Origin: Nitrosopumilus sp.
GTDB lineage: Archaea; Thermoproteota; Nitrososphaeria; Nitrososphaerales; Nitrosopumilaceae
Reading direction: 5' to 3'
NCBI GenBank assembly: GCA_963662625.1
Contig: OY759726.1
Coordinates: forward strand, 1,056,001-1,120,000
DNA length: 64,000 nucleotides
The translations under genes were made by a program, and so were the position numbers. This document shows, one piece after another, positions 57,837-64,000 of the stretch. The first letter of the stretch is position 1. Every line of letters begins with the position of its first letter. The notes below the pieces were generated by a model. It saw only the letters and a list, made by a program, of their open reading frames with translations. It did no database searches and was not told the origin of the DNA.

Positions 57837-58124
57837 TCATGCCGCGTTTCTCTTTACTTCGATCTCTATGGTCGAAACGTTCCTCGTCTTGCCGTCCTGC
57901 GACTCTAGCGCTTCCGAGCTGATGTTGATGCTTCCTATGGAAGTTCCCGAACTCTCCGTCTTCCTCTTCACCATCTCGGCGACGTCTACGGCGCGGCCGA
58001 TGTTCATGCCCCTGGCCTTGATGCTCACCGACGGGAAGTTGGCCAACTGGATTATGGTCGACGTGACGTACGCCATCAGTGGCTTCTTGCCGATGAATAT
58101 GGTGTCCCTGGCTTCAGCTGACAT
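57837..58124 (-). CDS. albA: Chromatin protein Alba
   Basis: IFIGKKPLMAYV, IKARGMNIGRAVDVAE, NVSTIEI. Confidence 0.95.
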   Translation of the reverse strand: MSAEARDTIFIGKKPLMAYVTSTIIQLANFPSVSIKARGMNIGRAVDVAEMVKRKTESSGTSIGSINISSEALESQDGKTRNVSTIEIEVKRNAA

Positions 58125-58311
58125 GCCAATGGTGAAATCCAAGGATAATTTAAACCTAGGAGCGGCCACCTGGCGGGGATCCGGGCCGTCAGTGCCCCGC
58201 AGGCCGGGAAACGCCCGCTCCGGCCCCGTGCCCGCCGCGCCCGGGGGCCCGGGACCGGGACCGCGGAAAAATTCAACCGTTATTTACCTGCAGCGCGGTA
58301 CCTGGCGTAGA

Positions 58312-58854
58312 TTGGAGGACGCGATGAGGGCACTGGAGTCTGGAGGCCGCGAGGCCAAGATCCGCGCGCTGGAGTCGCTGGAAAACACCGGCGATGCCGG
58401 GGCCATACGGGGGATAATCTCGAGGCTCGGCGACCCCGACATCCGGGTGCGGGGGGAGGCGTTCAGCTCGCTGGTCGCCAACGAGAACGGGATATCGGGC
58501 CCCCTGATCCGGGGCCTGGCCTCGGGCAGCAAGGCCGTCCGCGGGCACGCCGCGCTCGTGCTGGCAAACAGGCACGACCACGAGGCGGCCCCGGAGATCG
58601 CCAGGCTCGCCACGGACCCGCATCCGTCGGTAAGGGCGTGCGCCATGGGCGCGCTGGGCCACCTGGGGGCCCGGGGGGAGGTCGGGGCCATACGGCTGTG
58701 CCTGACCGACCGGGACATGGACGTGAAAAAATGCGCGATACAGGCGGCGATAGACATCGGGGAGCTGCTCTCCGAGGAGACCGCGCGCGAGGTCCTGCGG
58801 CGGGCGGATCCCGAGGTCGAGATGCTGGTGGAGCGGGCAAGGAACGGCGGCTGA
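58312..58854 (+). CDS. HEAT-repeat protein
   Basis: Repeated LxDPxxxVRxxA units; start at TTG 58312 or nearby. Confidence 0.8.
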   Translation: MEDAMRALESGGREAKIRALESLENTGDAGAIRGIISRLGDPDIRVRGEAFSSLVANENGISGPLIRGLASGSKAVRGHAALVLANRHDHEAAPEIARLATDPHPSVRACAMGALGHLGARGEVGAIRLCLTDRDMDVKKCAIQAAIDIGELLSEETAREVLRRADPEVEMLVERARNGG

Positions 58855-58919
58855 CCGGCGCGGGACGCGGCCCGAGCCCGCCCGGGGGTCCACGGGATCC
58901 TGCGCCGCGCGGCGGCCGC

Positions 58920-59870
58920 TCAGTCGGCCAGCGCGGCGATCTCTGCCAGCATGGCCGACAGCTGGATCTCCGGGTTCGCGCCGGACAAGATCCTGTAGTC
59001 GTACTTGGCCATCACCCGCAGGATGTCCGACAGCCTCGCGTGTTTTGCCCTGAACACGGCGGAGTTCATGTATTTTAGAAAGTCCGACTCTGACATGCCG
59101 TAGACCTTGATCAGCTCGATCATCTTCTCCCTGGCGCCGGCGACCTTGCCGGCCAGCGCCATTGACAGCACGACGTCGACGTCGCTGGCCTTGGTCAGGC
59201 CCGCGGCCGACTTTACCGACTGCTCGGAGATCGACCCCATGCTGGCGGCGGCCTGCATCAGGTTGATCGCGTGCCTGAGGTCGCCCCCGGAGTGGTCGTA
59301 GATCGCCTTCAGGCCCTTCTTGTCGGCCTTTGCCTTCTCCTTCTTCGCGATGGCCTCCAGGTGGCCGACCACGTCGTCCTCCGATATGGACGTGAACTTG
59401 AACGTGGCGCACCGGCTCTGGATCGGGTCGATGATCTTCGAGATGTTGTTTGCGATCATGATGAACCTGCAGTACCTCGCGGTGTCCTCGATGATCCTCC
59501 TCAGCGCGGTCTGGGCGTCGGAGGTCATCTCGTCGGCCTCGTCCAGGATTATTATCTTGAACGGGACCTCCGCCATTCCCGCAAACCTGGAAAACTTCTT
59601 CACCTTCTCCCTGACCATCCCTATGCCCCTCTCGTCCGACGCGTTGAGTTCCAGGGTATAGTCCCCGGAGTGGTCGCCCAGGATCTGCCTCGCGATGCAC
59701 AGGGCCGTGGTCGTCTTCCCGACCCCGGCGGAGCCTGAAAACAGCAGGTGCGGCATGTCCGTGGGGTCCTTTATGAGGGCGGTTATGCTCCCGACGGCCG
59801 CCTTCTGGTTCACCACGTCGGACAGCCTCTGGGGCCTGTACTTCTCCACCCACATGCCGCTTGCCAGCAT
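58920..59870 (-). CDS. rfcS: Replication factor C small subunit
   Basis: WVEKYRP, GSAGVGKTT, ELNASDERG, ILDEAD, AQTALRR, IQSRC. Confidence 0.96.
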   Translation of the reverse strand: MLASGMWVEKYRPQRLSDVVNQKAAVGSITALIKDPTDMPHLLFSGSAGVGKTTTALCIARQILGDHSGDYTLELNASDERGIGMVREKVKKFSRFAGMAEVPFKIIILDEADEMTSDAQTALRRIIEDTARYCRFIMIANNISKIIDPIQSRCATFKFTSISEDDVVGHLEAIAKKEKAKADKKGLKAIYDHSGGDLRHAINLMQAAASMGSISEQSVKSAAGLTKASDVDVVLSMALAGKVAGAREKMIELIKVYGMSESDFLKYMNSAVFRAKHARLSDILRVMAKYDYRILSGANPEIQLSAMLAEIAALAD

Positions 59871-60064
59871 GACTTGACTAGCCATGGAACCCATTAATAA
59901 ATCCGGGTTGGGTATAGCGCAATGCCCACGCCTTTAAACCCCGCCCGTGCCTACGCACCGCAGGGACCGGCCCGCGAGCCACTAGGATCAATTGTTCTAA
60001 CCAAATTGTTAACAGAAATGATCGATCCCATACATGAGATCAACGGCCCAATAGTGATCCTGCA

Positions 60065-60583
60065 ATGGACATGAACGCTAGCAAGAAGGTGCACGAGATA
60101 GGATACGGCCTGAAGGACGCCAAGATTACGGTCAGCCGCGATCTGAACTTCGACGTCGCGAACGTCAAGATCACCAGCAACCAGGGCGAGATGCTCAACC
60201 TGCCGCGCTGGGTGGGGCAGATCCTGGAGGACAACGGCCTGGGGGACCTGGACGGCCCCGACATGATCGCCGAGCTCAAGCAGGCCCTCGCAAAGGAGCA
60301 GATGGTGGGCGAGTACAACCTGCCAGCACTGGATCCGGACTTTTACATCAGGCTCAAGGCGGCCATGGCAAAGCTGGACAGGCACGACTTTGACAACGTC
60401 GAAGGCAGCATGATGGAGCTGTTCCGGAAGCGCCGCGGGAAGATCATCAAGCTGGCCGACTCGTCGAAGCTGACCGCCGAGTTCAACTCCAAGCTCACCT
60501 CCGAGGAGAAGATCTTCTTCGAGGCGATAAGGGAGAACAGCGTCGCGTTCGAGCGGCAGATGAGGGGCGGCCCCGGTGAGTGA
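60065..60583 (+). CDS. GINS complex subunit (Gins23-like)
   Basis: LPRWVG, LDPDFY, KRRGKIIKLA, LTSEEK; overlaps the mcm start. Confidence 0.85.
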   Translation: MDMNASKKVHEIGYGLKDAKITVSRDLNFDVANVKITSNQGEMLNLPRWVGQILEDNGLGDLDGPDMIAELKQALAKEQMVGEYNLPALDPDFYIRLKAAMAKLDRHDFDNVEGSMMELFRKRRGKIIKLADSSKLTAEFNSKLTSEEKIFFEAIRENSVAFERQMRGGPGE

Positions 60584-62663
60584 GGCGCAGGCGGGCGCGT
60601 TTACCGACTCTGCGCTGTCGGACCGCGTGAGGATGTTCCTGTCGCGGTTCAAGTCGCCCGACGGCAGCTACAAGTACGTCCAGTCAATCGACGAGATGAT
60701 GCCAAAGGGCTCAAAGTTCATCGTGGTCGACTACAACGACCTGGTCTCCGAGCCGGAACTCGAGTCGCTGTTCCGCAGCGACCCCGACAGGATACTCTCG
60801 GCGTTCTCCCGCGGCATGAAGGAGACGCTGCAGACCAGGTTCCCAGACTATGCCGAAAAGATAAAGGACGAGATCAGGGTGAGGCTGGCAAACTTCCCGC
60901 TGGAGCGCAGCCTCCGGCAGATCAACTCCGAGACCATAGGGAAGATCACCAGCGTCTCGGGCATGGTGGTCAGGTCCTCGGAGGTGAAGCCCCTTGCCAA
61001 GGAGATCACGTTCGTCTGCCCCGACGGGCACCCCACCAAGGTGATCCAGGTCAAGGGGATGAGCTTCAGCACCCCGATGGTGTGCGACCACGCCAACTGC
61101 AAGCAACGCGCCTTCGAGCTAAAGCCCGACGAAAGCCAGTTCATCGACTTCCAGATCCTCCGGCTCCAGGAGCTCCCCGAGGACCTCCCGCCGGGGCAGC
61201 TCCCGCACTACGTCGACGTCACGATAAAGCAGGACCTGGTGGACAACGCGAGGCCGGGGGACCGCATAATACTGACCGGGATCGTCCGGATAGAGCAGGA
61301 GTCGGTCGCCGGGGTCACCAAGGGACACAGCGGGCTGTACAGGCTCAGGATCGAGGGGAACAACATAGAGTACCTGGGCGGCAGGGGCACGAAGACGTCG
61401 AGGAAGACGGAACGGGAGGAGATCTCGCCCGAGGAGGAGAAGATAATCAGGGCGCTGTCGTCCAACCCCGACATCTACGACAGGCTGATCGACTCGTTCG
61501 CGCCGCACATACAGGGGCAGTCCCTGATCAAGGAGGCGATCCTGCTGCTGGTCGTGGGCTCCACGCAGAGGTCGCTGGGCGACGGCAGCAAGATCCGCGG
61601 CGACATCAACATATTCCTGGTGGGGGACCCGGGCACCGCGAAGAGCGAGATGCTGAAGTTCTGCGCGAGGATCGCGCCGAGGGGCCTTTACACGTCCGGG
61701 AGGGGCTCCACGGCGGCCGGCCTCACGGCCGCGGTGGTCAGGGACAAGACGGGGATCATGATGCTGGAGGCAGGCGCCGTCGTGCTGGGGGACCAGGGCC
61801 TGGTGTGCATAGACGAGTTCGACAAGATGAAGCCCGAGGACAGGAGCGCGCTCCACGAGGTCATGGAGCAGCAGTCGGCGAGCATCGCCAAGGGGGGGAT
61901 CGTGGCCACCCTCAACGCGCGCACGTCCATCCTCGCCGCGGCGAACCCCATGTACGGCAAGTACGACCCGTTCAAGAACATCACCGAGAACGTGAACCTG
62001 CCGATCCCGCTCCTCACCAGGTTCGACCTGATATTCGTCGTGAGGGACATACCCACCAAGGAGCGCGACGAGAAGATCGCGCGGCACATCATCGAGCTTC
62101 ACACCCCGCAGGGGACGGACAAGCGCTCCATAATAGACGTCGACATACTGACAAAGTACCTGGCCTACGCCAAGCGCATCTCCCCGGTCCTGACAAGGGA
62201 GGCCGAGGAGAAGATCCTCGCCTACTACCTGGACATGAGGAACGTGGAGTCCGAGGAGATGATCACGGTCACCCCGAGGCAGCTGGAGGGGATCATCCGG
62301 CTCTCTACGGCAAGGGCGAGGATGCTCATGAAGACCACCGTGGACGCCGAGGACGCGGAGAGGGCCATCTACCTGATCCAGAACATGCTCTCAAACGCCG
62401 GCGTGGACGTCAACACCGGCAAGGTGGACCTGGGCGTCCTGCAGGGCAGGCCCCAGAGCGAGGTCTCCAAGATGCAGCTGTTCATGGACGTCCTGAAGTC
62501 CCTCGAGGGCGACAACAAGTCCCCCGTGGAGGAGAAGGCCTTCGTCGACGAGCTCGTAAAGACCGAAAAGTTCGCCGAGGACGACGCGAGGAACTACATC
62601 CGGAGGATGCTCCGCGAGGCGTCCATATACGAGTCAAAGCCAGGCCACTACAACCGCGTGTGA
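60576..62663 (+). CDS. mcm: MCM replicative helicase
   Basis: GDPGTAKS, GLTAAV, CIDEFDKM, AAANP, TRFDL, TPRQLE; no intein. Confidence 0.97.
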   Translation: MSEAQAGAFTDSALSDRVRMFLSRFKSPDGSYKYVQSIDEMMPKGSKFIVVDYNDLVSEPELESLFRSDPDRILSAFSRGMKETLQTRFPDYAEKIKDEIRVRLANFPLERSLRQINSETIGKITSVSGMVVRSSEVKPLAKEITFVCPDGHPTKVIQVKGMSFSTPMVCDHANCKQRAFELKPDESQFIDFQILRLQELPEDLPPGQLPHYVDVTIKQDLVDNARPGDRIILTGIVRIEQESVAGVTKGHSGLYRLRIEGNNIEYLGGRGTKTSRKTEREEISPEEEKIIRALSSNPDIYDRLIDSFAPHIQGQSLIKEAILLLVVGSTQRSLGDGSKIRGDINIFLVGDPGTAKSEMLKFCARIAPRGLYTSGRGSTAAGLTAAVVRDKTGIMMLEAGAVVLGDQGLVCIDEFDKMKPEDRSALHEVMEQQSASIAKGGIVATLNARTSILAAANPMYGKYDPFKNITENVNLPIPLLTRFDLIFVVRDIPTKERDEKIARHIIELHTPQGTDKRSIIDVDILTKYLAYAKRISPVLTREAEEKILAYYLDMRNVESEEMITVTPRQLEGIIRLSTARARMLMKTTVDAEDAERAIYLIQNMLSNAGVDVNTGKVDLGVLQGRPQSEVSKMQLFMDVLKSLEGDNKSPVEEKAFVDELVKTEKFAEDDARNYIRRMLREASIYESKPGHYNRV

Positions 62664-62865
62664 GGCCAGGCGCGCGCGCAGCACCTGCCGTCTTCCCATC
62701 CGGCAGGTTCCGCGGCATCCCACTTCCCGCCACCCCTGCCCGCGGCTTGCGTGTGGGTGCCGCGGCCCGGCGCCGCCCCGGGTCCCGCGCCGGGGCGTCG
62801 GCGGCAGCCGCGCCCGCTGCGAAGCACCTATTTATGAACCAAAACACAGCAACCACTGACCGCGC

Positions 62866-64000
62866 GTGAAGTCCAAGAAGCCCCGCCTGCCGCCGGCCGC
62901 GGCCAAGTACATGGAGTCCGAAGGGTTCGGCGGCCTGTACCCGCCGCAGGCAGACTGCGTGAGGTCCGGGCTGCTCGACGGCGCCAGCCTGCTGGTATCG
63001 GCGCCCACCGCCAGCGGCAAGACCCTCATCGCCATACTCGCCATCATAAGCTACCTGTCGAAGAACGACGGCAAGGTGGTCTACCTGAGCCCCCTGCGCG
63101 CCCTGGCGGCCGAAAAGCTCGCGGAATTCAAAAAGCTGGAAAGGATGGCGCCTGGGAGGAGGATCAGGGTCTCGATGTCCACTGGAGACTCCGGGGACGC
63201 CGGGGGGAGCCTGGCCAGGAGCGACGTGCTGATACTCACCAACGAGAGGATGGACTCCGCGATACGCCACGGCGCCGACTGGGTCGACGACATAGGCCTC
63301 GTAATAGCCGACGAGGTCCACCTGATCGGGGACCACGGCAGGGGGCCGGCACTCGAGATGGTGCTGACCCAGATGAAGATGCTCGATCCCAGGCCGCAGA
63401 TAGTCGGCCTCAGCGCCACCGTCACCAACTCCGGGGAGATCGCCGACTGGCTAGGCTGCAGGCTGGTGGAGAGCGACTGGAGGCCCGTCCCGCTCTCCGA
63501 GGGGGTCAGCGGGCGGGGCCGGGTCTCCATGAACGACGGCACTACCTTCGAGTTTGAGCCCAGCGTGCGCGGGACGGCGGTGGACCTGGGCGTGCAGTCG
63601 GTGGCGGACGGCGGCCAGTCCCTCGTGTTTGCCGAGACCCGGGCCCGCTCGAGGTCACTGGCGGCCAAGGCCGCAGACGCGGTCTCGCGGCACCTCCAGA
63701 AAAGCGAGGCCGCGCGGCTCGGGAGGACCTCCCGGAAGATCCTCGCCGACAACGAGAACACCGACCTGGTCAGGACGCTGGCCGAACTGGTGAGGAAGGG
63801 CGTCGCGTTCCACCACGCGGGGCTGAACCAGAACTGCCGGCACGCGGTGGAGGCAGAGTTCCGGAGGGGTACCATAAAGCTGCTGTCCTCGACCCCCACG
63901 CTGGCGGCAGGCGTGAACCTCCCGGCAAGGCGCGTCGTGGTATCCAGCGTCACCAGGTACGACGCGAGGGCGGGGGCAAGCATGCCCATCAGCGTGCTGG
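62866..64000 (+). CDS. hel308: Hel308/Ski2-like DEAD/DEAH helicase, 3' partial (absent from the ORF track)
   Basis: GTG 62866; LYPPQ, APTASGKT, PLRALA, DEVH, GLSAT, WRPVPL, FHHAGL, TPTLAAGVNLPA. Confidence 0.93.
   Translation, partial: MKSKKPRLPPAAAKYMESEGFGGLYPPQADCVRSGLLDGASLLVSAPTASGKTLIAILAIISYLSKNDGKVVYLSPLRALAAEKLAEFKKLERMAPGRRIRVSMSTGDSGDAGGSLARSDVLILTNERMDSAIRHGADWVDDIGLVIADEVHLIGDHGRGPALEMVLTQMKMLDPRPQIVGLSATVTNSGEIADWLGCRLVESDWRPVPLSEGVSGRGRVSMNDGTTFEFEPSVRGTAVDLGVQSVADGGQSLVFAETRARSRSLAAKAADAVSRHLQKSEAARLGRTSRKILADNENTDLVRTLAELVRKGVAFHHAGLNQNCRHAVEAEFRRGTIKLLSSTPTLAAGVNLPARRVVVSSVTRYDARAGASMPISVL

Noticed and set aside
59895-60064. Replication origin between rfcS and GINS-mcm
   Set aside because: AT-rich, but no orc1/cdc6 gene or recognisable ORB repeats; explained by divergent promoters
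60576-62663. Intein in MCM (or RFC-S)
   Set aside because: Lengths are standard and the motifs are contiguous

Overview
GC-rich archaeal chromosome segment, most consistent with an ammonia-oxidising Nitrososphaeria (Nitrosopumilaceae-like) genome. This rests on the heme-copper oxidase operon with a di-cupredoxin, the Rieske/cytochrome b/plastocyanin-type complex III, a SlaA-type S-layer gene, Alba, L37e, Sm, RFC-S, GINS, MCM and Hel308. Four tRNAs are present (Lys-CTT, Val-TAC, Ala-CGC, Leu-TAG). Accessory content: (i) an island after tRNA-Lys with a low-GC orphan and decayed IS481-like, IS110 (two inverted copies), IS66 and ISH3-like elements; (ii) a ~16 kb surface-glycan region upstream of the S-layer gene, with Wzm/Wzt, glycosyltransferases, methyltransferases, WecB and a GalE-like epimerase; (iii) a low-GC ABC-ATPase plus TOPRIM pair resembling anti-viral PARIS/OLD-type modules, next to tRNA-Leu. 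The leading candidate for an undescribed system is the glycan cluster: it holds two unrelated-sequence coiled coils, each built from 13 x 42-bp units and in the same register, one fused between a methyltransferase and a glycosyltransferase (a possible tunable molecular ruler). Also notable: pervasive apparent A:T>G:C decay of dead elements, an in-frame UAG/ACG junction splitting oxidase subunit II, and a subtilase whose prodomain appears to be a separate membrane-anchored gene. All family calls come from motif recognition by eye; no database search was run.
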